Positions 1-12,804 of a stretch of DNA of 64,000 bases are shown in pieces. Each line of letters begins with the position of its first letter. Positions within the stretch are counted from its first letter, which is position 1. The notes under the pieces are model-generated. The model was given only the letters and a program-made list of their open reading frames with translations, ran no database searches and was not told the DNA's origin. The position numbers and the translations under genes were made by a program. Origin of the DNA: Oculina patagonica (taxonomy: Eukaryota); NCBI RefSeq assembly GCF_052425735.1, contig NC_135770.1:22196001-22260000 (forward strand), given 5' to 3'.

Positions 1-1370
1 GCAAACGACAGAAGCGACAGAGACGATCGGGGCGATCATATGAGAACCAGCCTTAATAAAGCAGAATTTGAACATTACGCGTTGTTGTTTTGCTGAAAAA
101 AGGAATTGTACAATTTTGTGCACGTGAATTGCGTGAATGTGTGCTCGAGCTGAGTCGCCGAAATGCTAATTATACCTTTTGAATAGCGTTGACCGGTGTG
201 GCCTTTAACGTCTTTATTAATATTACCGCTATTTGACGAGGAAAAAAATTATTTGCTTGAAAAGATGCGCTGTCAGCGAGAAGCCTTTGAAATATACGAA
301 AGTCGCCAAACAAAAATTTTTATCAACAAAACAATAGCTTGTCCGTGCGTTGTGCATTATGTTAATTTCTTCACTGTCGTCCGCAAAACAACAACGAATA
401 CATGCACACAGTCAGGCGGAATCTTGGAAGGCAAACAAGATCTTTGATTTAAAACCATTATAACAGTATGCACAAGAAAGAGACTAACGGAAATCAAAGC
501 ACCAGACGCTCTTTTGTTGACTCTCTCTTTTGTTAACTGCAGAACGTTTTTGTTACTTTTGTTGCTTCGATAAACACCAGTTCTGTCAATACTGTGTTAG
601 AAATAGTTCAACTTTCTCGATTTACTTCCGTTCTGGGAAATTTACTTCCGCTTAGACCTGAGAGCATGCGCAATAAAAACCGGAAGACCAAGGTTCTACC
701 TGAAATCGACCTGAAATTGATCTGATCGATTCCAGTTTCCCAGAGTCTGTCCCGTACCGCTGACCGACATGGACGGACTCTGGGCTCTAAATATTTGTAT
801 TTTCGAAAGAGCTCTACGTTCGATTCATAAGTAACGACCTCTCCACTGAGATCGGTCTTCGGACAAGCTACAATGATGCGTTGCGTTTGTACATTTTTCT
901 GTTTAAGACTGTAGGAGATAGAATCTGTATCACATATCCAGGATTTATTGATTGAGCCGTTGTGATAGATGCATATGTCATATGATGAACCCCTAAAGAC
1001 ATCAGCAACGCCCGACCGACCCATTATGTCTTTAAGCCCCTTTTTGAGCGGCTTGTTGTTACATCAACTTTAAATCACACTTACACATGGTAGCGTAGAT
1101 TGGTTTAACAACATTTAATAGATGGTGTAAAGTTGGATAACAAATTTAAAACCAGATTAAACCCCCTTTAACTTCGCTTAAATCCCAATTTCCATTCTTT
1201 GTTGTAGTTAACTGTAAAAAGGCCCTCGCGTTTTTTACTAATAGCTGAAATGTAAGATCTGCTAAATTTACTGATGGCTGATAAATCGCCCCAATGCTTA
1301 AACTCAGAAGTGCACCGTTAGGTTACATCTCTGCCTTATCCGATGCTTGCCTTTTTCCTCTTGACCTTAA

Positions 1371-1672
1371 AGGGACTGTGTCACGGGGATTTCGCAGATT
1401 TTTAGCCTTAAAGATATAACCTTTATTTGGAAATAGAAACCAAACGTCGGCTATAAATAATCAATTGATTTGAAGGCACGCGGAAACAACTTGAAAACGT
1501 TGGCTAACGTTTTTAAATTGGAATCCATTTCCATCCGAGCCATCCTCACCCAAACGCGCTTTTAAACAGTTTTAGTGCTCTAAAATAGCAATTGTTAATA
1601 CAAATGGGCAATGAGTTTCAAATATGAATTTTAGTTGTTCAGAAATATGTTACTATCCGTGGCATAGTCCCT
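1371..1672. mobile_element. MITE, Kolobok-like (TTAA TSD)
   Basis: TIRs agggactgtgtcacgg / ccgtggcatagtccct, flanked by TTAA on both sides; purine-purine termini. Confidence 0.7.
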
Positions 1673-1799
1673 TTAATCTATGGGTTTGAATTTGATATTC
1701 TTGCGGTTTTAATTACGTATTTGAAATCTACATCTGGAATGCTTCAAGGCAGTCTGTAAATGTCTATTGACCCCTTTATTATCCTGATTATTTTGCTTC

Positions 1800-4700
1800 T
1801 CATTGCACCAGAATGTATTCCATGGCTTTGATGTGTTTTTCTCCATTATCTGGGTTATATTTTGCTGCGTTTCCACACGTGTTGTCACCATCAGGGTTTC
1901 CTCCTCCACCAAACCCGATCCTTGAGTTGCAATTGTCACAATTGTTTTGTTTGTTTGCAATAATACCGATTCTTGCTTTGGAATATGAGCTGTTATAATT
2001 AGCATTGAATCCTTCTTTGTTACAGTAGGTTTGTAAGGAGGCCTCTGAACCAATCAGCGTCTTCCACGTGTTACGACCCAGTGAGGTGGCGCGGTATTGC
2101 CCATCAGCGATCAGTGAGTACAGAGAGTTGGCCTGTTTGTTGATGACAATGAAGTTGATCTGTTGGTCGATTTTCATACCAAGACAAATCTTGGAGAAGG
2201 ATGTGTTCCAGTAGCTCGGTAACTTGGTCTCTTGTGTATCAAACCCAGTCTCCCCTCCTTGAAGATTGTATTCATTTTTATCGCTCCAGTACTCCGAGAT
2301 ATAATGAAAGGTTCTCTGAAAAAAAAAAGGAAAAATCACTTTAGTTTTTTTGCCCGGGGGGGGGGGGGGGGACTCCCATATGAAACGGACGGGGATGCTC
2401 GTCGGAAATTTTGAAAAGAACTCCTAAAAGAGACCAATCTGGGTGTGGCTCAAGCCTTTATTGACCCCTAAAAGATACCAAAAACCTAAGAATGGAGTTT
2501 ATATTTGTATATTTCTTCGTGTGTAACCCTAAACGAGACCATTATGGCTAAAAATATTGGCGTTTTGGGAGTTTTTTCCCGGAACACCCTAAGCGAGACC
2601 AAAAGTCCGAAATTTACACCCCTAAGCGAGACGACGAGCATCCCCGTCCGTTTCATATGGGAGTCCCCCCCCCCGGGTTTTTTTGGTTATGTTATTTCAG
2701 AAATCAGGATTCTGCGCCATTAGAAAGGCTGACCATTAAGCTAAAATACCTAAAACCCTTAATCATGCCCAATTATGCTCGATTCATGTTGCTTTTGCTC
2801 CATAAATTGCAATTACCGTATTCAAACTTAGCCTGGTGGACCCGGCGTTTATTTGACTCCTGTAGTTTATTGGAGCCCGATTATCATGAAGCAACGATTT
2901 TTCTTCATCAATTTCGACAAAAATGTATCTCGCTCATATAGCTACAGCTTAAATACTTGAGGGGCCTATTTTCAACTGCACCTTTGAGACCCGGCGTTTA
3001 TTCGGTACACGGCGTTTAATCGAGAAAATACGGTACATGAAAAAAGCGCATCAGGAAGAAATTTGACCTGTTCTCTTAAATGTCATACCTTGTTGCCGTC
3101 TATCTTCAAAACCGGCGTCCATCCCCCATCTCCACATCCAAAATCTCCAAAGTGACAGAAAACGGAAGTTGGTTTTGTGTCAAATTGGAGCATAACCAGC
3201 TCACTAACCCTCGACCTGTTGAATATAAAAACATATGTTACCAAGAGATAGTGTAGGAAAAAAAGAAACAAAAAAAAAAAATTAAAAAAAGTAACCAATA
3301 AAATCGACCATGGTCCATGTTTTAAAGGATATTATAAGGGTCAAACGTTTTGATCACTCCGGAGATTAGTTTTTATTGACGGCTTTCTAATCAACTGTTT
3401 CCTAACTTGCCCCAAATAATTTTCGAGTTTGATGTCAATGTTTCATAACACTGCTCAATTACCACAGCTCTAAGAAGCACGGATTTGCTCTTTTCTATTT
3501 GTTGACACCTTTTTTCAACGCTAGATGTGGAAAAAACATGTTCGTCATTTTTAAGTAACAAATTCATTAACGAAATTTTAACTAACTTTCTGATATCAAT
3601 GACCTCAACGTTTCAGTGACTTACTTGTTTTCGTCATACAGTTCCTTGCAAGACTTTGCAGCTGAAAGAACTAGAACAAAAATATGTCAGCTTCTTTAGA
3701 ACAGAGTAGTCATTGCCACCTCGCTATAAATTCGGCTATAAAATGGAGAGGAGGGAAATTGATATTCCTTGATTTATTATTAGTTCAAAATACCTTTATG
3801 GCAGTTTGTTCCACTGAATCCAGGACGACAGATACAACGAAAACCTTTACTGGTGAATCCAGCTTGACAGGTGCCATTGTTCAAACATGGGATGCTGCTA
3901 CAATGATTCTGTAATGAGAAAAAAAAGGAATAAACCACTCCACTCCACTCCAATAGGCCCCTCCCCTTTAAAGGTCTCAATAGACCTTCTAGAGGATAAT
4001 GTTTTTTAAATGTTCGTTTATAAATTTGTATTATATATTTTAGAATGCCCCTAGAAGTTTTAACCGTAGTCTACCTACACAATTTAACTTTAAAGATTAT
4101 GGTTTTACCATTTTAAAGATGTCAAGTACGGTGCAGTAAAAGTTTATCTAGTTAGTAAACTGTCAGTTTTTGGTCGGGCCTTAAGGATCTCTTTGAAGAT
4201 TAATTTTTAATGTAGCTTTGAAAAACAAAATCACCTCAGTGTCGATGTAGGTAAAGCCTGCTCGTGGTTTAAGATCTGCAGGGTGTAAAGAGTGATCCGA
4301 ATCACTCAGTTCGCATACTATTCTGTCGTTAATTGGTGGACCGATGTTGATTGACACGCAGCGACTCTCCATAACACATTGACCTCTGCAAGGATCACGT
4401 GTCTGACCCAGTTGTAGGGAAAGGTTTTTAATCACGTGACCGTGAAGAGCATAGCCATCTTTTTCAGTAGTAAATTTAACGTGTCGCCCACATGTGCCTG
4501 AATATAAAATGATAATACTATTAAAAGACAACATAAATATACGCAGTCTTATTAACGGAGGCTGTACATGTTAGATTTACACTATGAGACTTCATTTTTT
4601 TTTGGATGCATCAACTTTTATATATATTATTGTTTTATTTGTTCAATTTTTATTTTTTTTAATATTACTGTTGCTTATCTTATTAAACTGGCGCCTATTG

Positions 4701-7700
4701 TTTTCAAGTTTTTTGGTCGCTTATCGTTTGAAAAATAATGAAAAATTATTTATAAAGGTGCAGGCACATGTAACTCAGGCTCGTAGATTACAACCAGCAA
4801 AAAGCAGATTTATTGTCTAAGTGAAGAAGTCCTGGTATTCTACAGACTCTAAACATTGCATGGCACGCAAAGACACTTTACAGTTTTCGACACCGAACTC
4901 CTTTGACGAAGCCACTTGCTTAACGAAATGCTTACACAAAATGCAGACACTATTGAAACAGTGGTGTCCTCGGGAATCAAGGACACATTTTAGCTGGCAT
5001 TTTTATCCAAAGACCCGATTAAAAAATCCATTAAAGACCTCTCTCCATAATTACATTCTACCACCGACTTGTTCTATTTATTGCCCGCCAGCTATTCTGA
5101 ATACGGCGGACAAACTGAAAAATGGATGTGATATTCGTCCTTTGGAGATGGAGAAGCTCACAGATAAACATTGAACGGTGCCTTGGAATCTTCCATGCAT
5201 CTTTCGACACGCTCAAATAGTGGAACTCGTTTTTTGTAAATACAGTGAATCTCAATAACTCGGACCCTCAAAAAATCGAACCTCCCTCTAACTCGAACCT
5301 TTTTCTACACCCTCCGGGTCATTTTCTGCTAATGTTTCCCGCGATAACTCAAACCTTTTCTGATTATCCTTGTAGGTTCGAGTTATCGGGATTTAACTGT
5401 ATATCAGTGGGGGAAATTTGTGAAGAACAGCAAATGTCCGCTTGCTACAAATGTAACATTTTATTAGGAATACGCTCATCGTGGGCTATAATTATGATTA
5501 TGAGTGACCGGTTGAACAGCTCTGAGTAATTGTAAATACGCTCTCATCACGCCAGCCTAGAAGCTTCACCATTATACCACATTAATTGTTGATGAGAATG
5601 GTCTTGCAATTGTGTCGTAATTCACCATAAAAATGCAAGGGAAAACGCACGCAAACGTCCATTCGGGCATTGTGAACGATAAACATTTTTTCCCGTTCAA
5701 AGTATCTATTCGTATCTCTTTTTTAAAGTGACGGAAGCGCTGCGAGGAGCGAAAAAACAAAACTAAAGTATTTGTGCACATAATTTAAGATATTTCGGGA
5801 CACCCTTAAAGCAGTCACTTCATGTATCAACTTCTAACAGAGCAACACAATTTCAATATCGTATCGCGACTAAAAAAGATATAAACTTAAACCCAATAGT
5901 TTTCCCTTTTCTTTTTAACTGTAGACAAATATTTGTTTCAAAATTTTAGGTACACTGTAAGAGATATATATATATATTCTGAGTAGTGTTTTTTTAGATA
6001 AGTTATTAAATGTTATGCTGCTTGCTTGTATTTTCTTCTTAAAAGAAGAAAATACAATAAAAACGCAACAGATTAAAACAGAAAGCATTGTAACAATATC
6101 TTGTGTGTCACCTGCTAACAATAATTATTATGCCCATTAACGTTAGCTCGAAAACTTATATTAATCGGAGTTCAAACCTTTTACCTAAGGGCCGAAACGC
6201 ACTAGCGGACAAATTTTGTAACATTTGGTAGATTTCATCAATAACGTATTGGACAAGGGAAAATTTTGTCAAAAAGAACAAATCATCAAAGGGGCCGTTG
6301 TCCTGGCTCAAGGCAGGACAATTCATGACAATTCACATTCCCATGCCCCTCGTCATGCCAGAAAACAAGACGTTGTTGATTGGCTATTGTGTTTGGCCCA
6401 AGTTACAGCGAAAAACAACACGCAATCAAAAATTGTTGGGATAGTATGCACCGTGATGTGGCTCTCACTATTATAATCCAGCCGCGAAATCTTTTCGCGA
6501 GAGGCAAAGCATATTTATAAGTGAAGTGTTTCGGCCAAATGTAGGAATGAGAAAAGAAAAAGTTGTCTTGAGACGACTCATTATTCAACTGCACGAGAAC
6601 ATGCGTACTTTAAATGCGAATTGTTTTAGAAATTTTTACCGCGTTGTTCTGCATATTATTTTGATGTTTGCCCAAGACGGCCGTGCTGAGAAATGTACAG
6701 GGATGCCAGGAGCACGTGCAGAGCATTGTACTAATAATTACACCTGTTGTTTTCTCTAAAATGTCTCTGACGTGTCGCGACAATTTTGTCAAAAATGTTA
6801 TGACATTTAAAACTTGTCCGCTAGTGCAATTCGACCCTTAACTTTTTCGTTTTTGTCCTTTTCTAACGAAAGCTACAAAAGGTGCAAATTTTATTAGTGT
6901 CAAAGGGAGAAAGAAAAAATAAAACAGAAAACGTTATTAACCAGAAAATCTTCTCCAAAATGAAAAAAAACCTTTTTAGAATGCAAATCATGAGATAGCC
7001 TTTCGACACGCAAACCAACAAGATGGCTTAAAATTGTTTAAACATTTTGCAATGGAAACAGATTTTAAAAGGTGATCATTTCAGCTCTTCATAGTAAAGT
7101 AATAAAGTGGCAAAGTTTTTTGTTTGCTTTTTATTATAAATTGAAATACCCAAAGTTTGACAGTTTTTAAATTCAACTTCAACGGATGTTCCTTGAAGGT
7201 TTCTTTGAACACATTTTGTGATAAAACTTTAGTTTAATGAAATAGCAAATGAGTCAGATAGTTATGTACGTAGTCACTTTGTGACTTATTTATTCCACGA
7301 CTTATTTCAGTCCTATTCAGATCCAGTACCAAATAGCCAGCCTTTGTGTTATTGAAATGTAATATAAATATATTTTAAAAAAAGCAAACAAAGAGTGTTA
7401 CAAAGGAACTAAACTTGCTTTTTAACGGACTACTTTAAGTGTAGCGTATTTTGATATTCGTATAATCAACGGTTTACTGAAAAACTTCAGTAGAAATATT
7501 AAAACTAAAGTTGTCCGACATTTCGATGTAACAAACATCATTATCAAGGTAAAACGTTGTATCGTGGTGTGAATATAAATTATTTTGTGGAAAATAATAG
7601 ACATTTGCTGCATGGTTATGTAAATAGTTTCGCGCGGATGGAGTCAGTTTGCACGTTTAAAGTTCAGTTGGCTTTAGGTCTTGAATAATTAGCATTTCGT

Positions 7701-8256
7701 TGACGAGACAATCGAATTTGCTGCGGCATTTGAAATCCCGTGCGTGTTCAACATGTGTTTTCCAATTGACGAATTCTGAGAAGTGTGTTCGGGTTCGAAC
7801 TGTGTCCAGTGTGTCTAACGAAAACTCAAAAGAAGAACCCATCAGGATCCCCATCCCGTTCAAAGACCAGAGATCGGCTGACAACACAAGAAAACAACTC
7901 ATCTCCAATCACTGGGCAGCAAAATCGGCGTGCGCCTACAACCAGTTTTTACAAGCCGGAAAATAGGAGATCTTCTAAAACTCAGGGAAGATATCGCGAG
8001 CGAACAATGCGTGGTGTACTATTTCAAATGTGGTCTATGCGATATGGACTATCTCAGTTAAACAAACCTGCACCAACCAAACGTCGGACAGCTTTAGTTT
8101 TAATATTTTGATATTAACTGAAAAAGTTATAAAACAACCACAAAAAACAGGGATGGCCTCGCATAAACAACAAAAGGAATATAACTAACCTTGGGTTTCC
8201 TCGGTGATCAGATTAAAAGCAAGGAATAAAATGGGCCAAATGAAAACAGAAAACAT
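1800..8256 (-). CDS. Secreted PAN/apple + EGF + fibrinogen/intelectin-like (USOMP5-like) protein, 6 exons, ~374 aa
   Basis: Exons 8256-8190 (signal peptide [22 protein letters not shown]), 4497-4235 (PAN-like, [17 protein letters not shown]...CELSDSD), 3908-3794 ([15 protein letters not shown]...[12 protein letters not shown]), 3661-3625 (AKSCKELY), 3215-3089 ([23 protein letters not shown]), 2315-1800; all GT-AG with compatible phases. Confidence 0.85.
2353..2677. mobile_element. MITE with CCCGGG termini (EnSpm/CMC-like) in the last intron
   Basis: Inverted repeats cccggg(g)n-actcccatatgaaacggacggggatgctcgtc at both ends; TSD not clear. Confidence 0.7.
2814..3036. mobile_element. Tc1/mariner-type MITE
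   Basis: taccgtatt ... aatacggta termini, internal cggcgttta repeats. Confidence 0.5.
5241..5402. mobile_element. Degenerate pogo/Tigger-like MITE
   Basis: tacagt...ataactcg / cgagttat...actgta; same family as 14359-14665. Confidence 0.5.
6186..6840. mobile_element. TIR element (MITE) in intron 1
   Basis: taagggccgaaacgcactagcggacaa vs ttgtccgctagtgcaattcgaccctta inverted repeats. Confidence 0.55.
7400..8090. mobile_element. Penelope-like element remnant with inverted 5' segment
   Basis: Minus strand: GIY-YIG C-terminus [31 protein letters not shown]. Plus strand 7790-8080: [34 protein letters not shown], frameshifted. Confidence 0.8.
7517..7547 (-). ncRNA. Minimal type I hammerhead ribozyme motif of the Penelope remnant
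   Basis: TTGATAA-T-GATGT-ttgtt-ACATC-GAAA-TGTC: U3/A8 covariant core, perfect stem II, GUC site, just downstream of the GIY-YIG stop. Confidence 0.6.
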
Positions 8257-9134
8257 GGTAAAAGAAAACTATTCTCGCGTGAGTCTGACAAACGTGTTAA
8301 CAAGTTGGCTCCAAACGTGAGCAAACTGAGCAAACAGTTTGAGAACTTTGAAGTAAATATTTTTTTTGGGCCAATTAAGTATTTTAATGTCAGTTTTAGC
8401 CAATGAGAAAAGTTTATTTGATGACAGCGCACACAGCTATTAGTCTACGAGTGGAACATTAGTAATTGCGCGTTCGTTTTGCATTGTGTTGTTGGCAACT
8501 GAAAATTGGCAGGAGTTAAACAAGAAAGAAACTTCTGCTTCGTACTGTTGATCGAACTTTATGACCAAGAAATCAAATGTTGCATTTTTGTTGTCGACAG
8601 CTAAATTCGAAAGCTAGTGTTACCTTTTGGTAGGAGTAAACAAGAACTAAAAAAAAATTCTGCTTCTAGCCATTATTATACTTAGTAAGAACGTTTTGTT
8701 CTTGCAAAATATTCGTTTGGGTAAGTATCCTTTCAACATCTTTATTTTGAAAATGATAATAAGCTTTCAAACTTTGAGGACGCTAGAAATAAGGAATGAT
8801 TAAATTCTCTCAACTAGCTCCATGCTAAAGGAAAGGGACAAATCAAGGAGAATTTGTGTGTTCACATTGGCAACTTAATTTCTTTTCTATATAAATTTTT
8901 AATGAGATACGTGATGTCTGAAAGTTCCTGTCTATGTATTATTTACGAATTGTTGTAAAGTCTTCCATCCTATGTATATATTATTTTTGTATTGTTTCAA
9001 GGCAAAGAGAACGTTCAATATATACAGTAATAAACAAATGCCCTTCGAATATTTTGGCGTTTTAACACTATAAATAATTGATCAGGACCATGCGTAATTT
9101 TTTTGATCTTGTTTCAAATAATATTCCTAAAGAG

Positions 9135-9461
9135 TACACTCTTTTTTTATATAAGAATCTAAGTAAATAAGAACATCGAGGCCGAAAAAGGCCAAAATTT
9201 AAGAAGATCCTTAATTTAAGAACGTGCCCAGAACTTAAATTCGGTCGAGAACGAGTTTTATTTTTTCCTATTTCAGTGTGAGTGATAAGTATATGTGCTA
9301 AATGAGTTAATCTTTATTCAAATCCTGACCTGCAACCAAACACTGTCATCACTGATTGGTAAGGTGAACATTGACATATCGGTTAGGAATGAATTTTCTG
9401 CAATACCTAGCTTTTTTTTTTTAAAAAAAATTAATTAAATGTTCTTATATAAAAAGAGTGT
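9135..9461. mobile_element. MITE (TA-flanked)
   Basis: tacactctttttttatataagaa / ttcttatataaaaagagtgta inverted termini. Confidence 0.55.
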
Positions 9462-10328
9462 ATTTTAAGTTAGGATCTATTTGTTATGACAAAATAGGAT
9501 AGAATGTCCCCTCTTGGCCACAGTAGTTTTGTAATTTCTGGTACGTTCGAGGTACAGATAAAACCGTGACTGCAGCAAACTGGCTGACGACTCCCGTCGG
9601 GGAGAATGTTTTATAACTGAAAACGTATTTTGAGGTGACTTTTATGTAGAAATTAACTGTCATTCGCATGTCAACAGCAGAAGTTCTAGACTTTTGTGTA
9701 GAGAAATATACCGTATAAGCCAATGCATATATGCAGCGAAATCGCAAAGTCAAATATCGGCCAAGCGCCGACTGACGTATCGACCGCGAAATAGCCGACA
9801 AATCGACAACTGTCGACCGAGTATCGATCGGCTAACTCGTGTCCTAAAGTTACAAAAAAATCCTTGCCGGATTTCTGTTTAACAAAGCACACGTATTACA
9901 TAGAGGATAATACATGTAATGGTTGCGCGGAGATATGGAATTTATCTTTTGAGTGTCCTTATCGATAGCTCATGAGTGAGATATCGGTTTTGAACACGAG
10001 AAGATAAATTTCATATTTCCAAGCAACCATGTATTATTCTGTTTATTATATAAACCTACTAATTACGATGTTTTTGACGATTTCCCGAAAATTGTCCGAA
10101 AATTCTGAAAATGTTGTCTAAAGGTTGTACAAATGATTTCGAACATTTTCCGAAAATTCCGAAGATTGCCGAGGAAGATCCGAAGATGTTTCGACTTTAT
10201 ATCTATTAACTATGGCTTATTGAGCATTGAAACACGGCAAACTCTGCGAGCTGATTGGTCAAAAATGATATCACACATGTGTGGATATTATTTTTATCCA
10301 CACATGTGTGATACCATTGTTCTCAATA

Positions 10329-10534
10329 AAAATTTTGTAAAAAACGAATTAAAAAGTTGACACTGGCTAGAAATATTGTTTTTGGACGTTTCGGCCAGTT
10401 AAACAGGGCTGTTAAACAGGACGCCGTTGAACATTTGCATTTTTATCTTGCTGAGGCAACAGTAGTGGCCGAAACGTCCAAAAACAATATTTTTAGCCAG
10501 TGTCAACTTTTTAATTCGTTTTTTACAAAATTTG
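10329..10534. repeat. Long palindrome (~70-bp arms), probably Penelope-derived
   Basis: aattttgtaaaaaacgaattaaaaagttgacactggcta...ggacgtttcggcca inverted at 10467-10534. Confidence 0.75.
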
Positions 10535-12758
10535 TAACATGCCTAGCTATACAACCCGAACATTTTTATTGTTCTCCATGTTGCAGTAAAATTGCATGAA
10601 GATGCTTAGCAATATTATTATCAAAAGGAAATTAGCATGTATTTTTGGATAATTTTCTCATTTAAAGGCAGCTACGCGCCTCGTTGGCTTTTTTTCCATC
10701 CCGTGTCCAACGCGCGCGCGCTCCTGGAATAATTGTTAAGTATACCACGAGAATGTGTTGTGTAACTATTTGATATCATGCCATATGTAGAAAATACGCT
10801 TACTAAATTTCGTTAAAAAAAAAGATCGCAGCGCACAATGGGAAGGTTGGGTTGAATTTCGTCGATTATAAAAAAAAAACTTTAGCAATGGTATATTGCA
10901 ATTCCTTCCTTTTGATTGGTTAACAGGCAATGGTATATGTATGAGATCATACACCATTGACCACAGATATGGTAGCCAAAACATGTCAATAAAAACAGCT
11001 AGGGAGGGGGGGGGGGGGTGTAAATATTGCAATTCTTTGGGCGTTTTTAATAAAACAGTTATTCAACTCGCACTTGTTGGATATGAGATCGTTATAGCCA
11101 ACTCGGCGCTACGCATTTCATATCCAACGCGCGCTCGTGGAATAATTGTTAAATATACAACGGCTTTCCTGTATTCTGATTGGCTGTATTTTTTATGGCA
11201 TGACATAAATTGGGATAAACAACACGCAAAACAGTCAACAGACTTGCGCGTGTGAGATTTGAAATCTACATTTGAATCATGTTGTGCCAGACAACGAACA
11301 AGGAAGGTAAACCCTAATCCTTCCAAATTACCAAGGGAAAACCCTAGGAACGGGGTTGTATGGTCCATGTTCGAATGCCAGCGCATTAAATGCCGATTTC
11401 TCAGATTCAGTGGGTTGTTACAGTCTATTGCCAGCGAATGGTCTGTGCAGAACTGACAGACCTTGAGAAATTTCAAGTTGACTCAATGACAGTCTTGCTA
11501 ACAGGATAGGTCTTACAAACGAAGAACAGTTTTTGTGAGAACTATTGAATTCCTAGTTACCACAGAAATTCGGTTACGCTAATTAATAATCCAAAAATTG
11601 ACACTGTGTCAGTAATTTAAAGTGGGGTGAGATTTTCATCCATCAGTTTAGGAGCACTTAAAGCACTACTAGTTACAGTTGCGTGACAAGGACAATACTG
11701 GCAGTGAACGGTGACGCGCATTTCTTTCTTGACCTCTTCTTAAATCACTCAGCATGTGTACAGCTTTACTTTACATATACCCTCCCTGTTCTTTTTTTAC
11801 TCTTGGCCTCTTGCTTCAAAAGAGACAATTGCTGATCGAATTCTTTTGTTGTTAGACTGCAAGGGAGGTCCTGCTTGTTTCCAGTTGTGACGTCATCTTT
11901 TGAGAAAAGTTGATTACAGTATATTCAACTGAAAAACTGAGAAGATGATTTTCCCATCAGTTTAAACTGTTCTCTCTCTTTTCTTCGATCTGGCCGCCAC
12001 TTCTTGCTGTATTGTATGTACTGTACTGTACATCACTGAGGGGGGAGGGACAGGGGGATAAATCTCCCTACTCCCTACTTTTTACGCCAATTTCTCGCTC
12101 CTCCATATTCTGTACCTTCCCCTCTGCACTATCAAAGCACATCACTCGTTACATTCATTTCCTCAGATCACCATTTTTTAAAGCAGTAGTTTCTGTCGTG
12201 ACTCAATGTTGTTCGACGTAGCTGAAAAGATGCGGCGCTAAATATATATATAGGCCAAAGGCTAAAGCTTTCTAGCCTCGTTGTCTTGCATTTTAAATAA
12301 AGCTTGCCGGTTCTTCCACTAAAAGCCGTGGGTCGTTCCCAGGGTCCTCTCCTTCTCGTTGTCTGGGAACGAGGTTGGGTATATGGCAATAAGTCCAGAT
12401 AAGTCAGAGTACTGAACAACAGGCGCTTAAGCTCGGCGTGTGTTCATGATTTGATTTGATAGTTACGTTCCATACAAATGTCTTTGCCTAACTAATTTTG
12501 AACATTTAGGAATTGCCCGTATCGTGGATCGTGTGCTTTGGGTGACTGTTGAGTAAATTAACAGGCGGCTGTATCGACTGTAACTGGGACGTATCTTAGA
12601 CTTCTTACTGTCTTTTCAAACTGTTAAATGTAGCCTCTGTTTCAAAACAAATCAGTGGGGAAAGCCTTTATTATTTATGCCAAGGGATCGCTTTGAAAAG
12701 CTACGAAATTGCCTTTTGTACTGATGAAGTCCTTGTCTCATTCGTAATCGTTTCTAGC

Positions 12759-12804
12759 GTCGTCACGCAACGCTCCTTTGTGGGGAGGAGTGTTGCGTGA
12801 CGAC
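12759..12804. repeat. Hairpin element; second copy plus flank at 19762-19867
   Basis: gtcgtcacgcaacgctc...gagtgttgcgtgacgac followed by shared aagtcctaaaaaatt..acttgtaattgttttgggt. Confidence 0.7.

Noticed and set aside
608-1024. 138-aa ORF
   Set aside because: No recognisable motif or splice structure; possibly a repeat fragment
5572-6237. Alternative first exons for the PAN-EGF gene
   Set aside because: Wrong phase, weak signal peptide or part of a MITE TIR; 8256-8190 fits better
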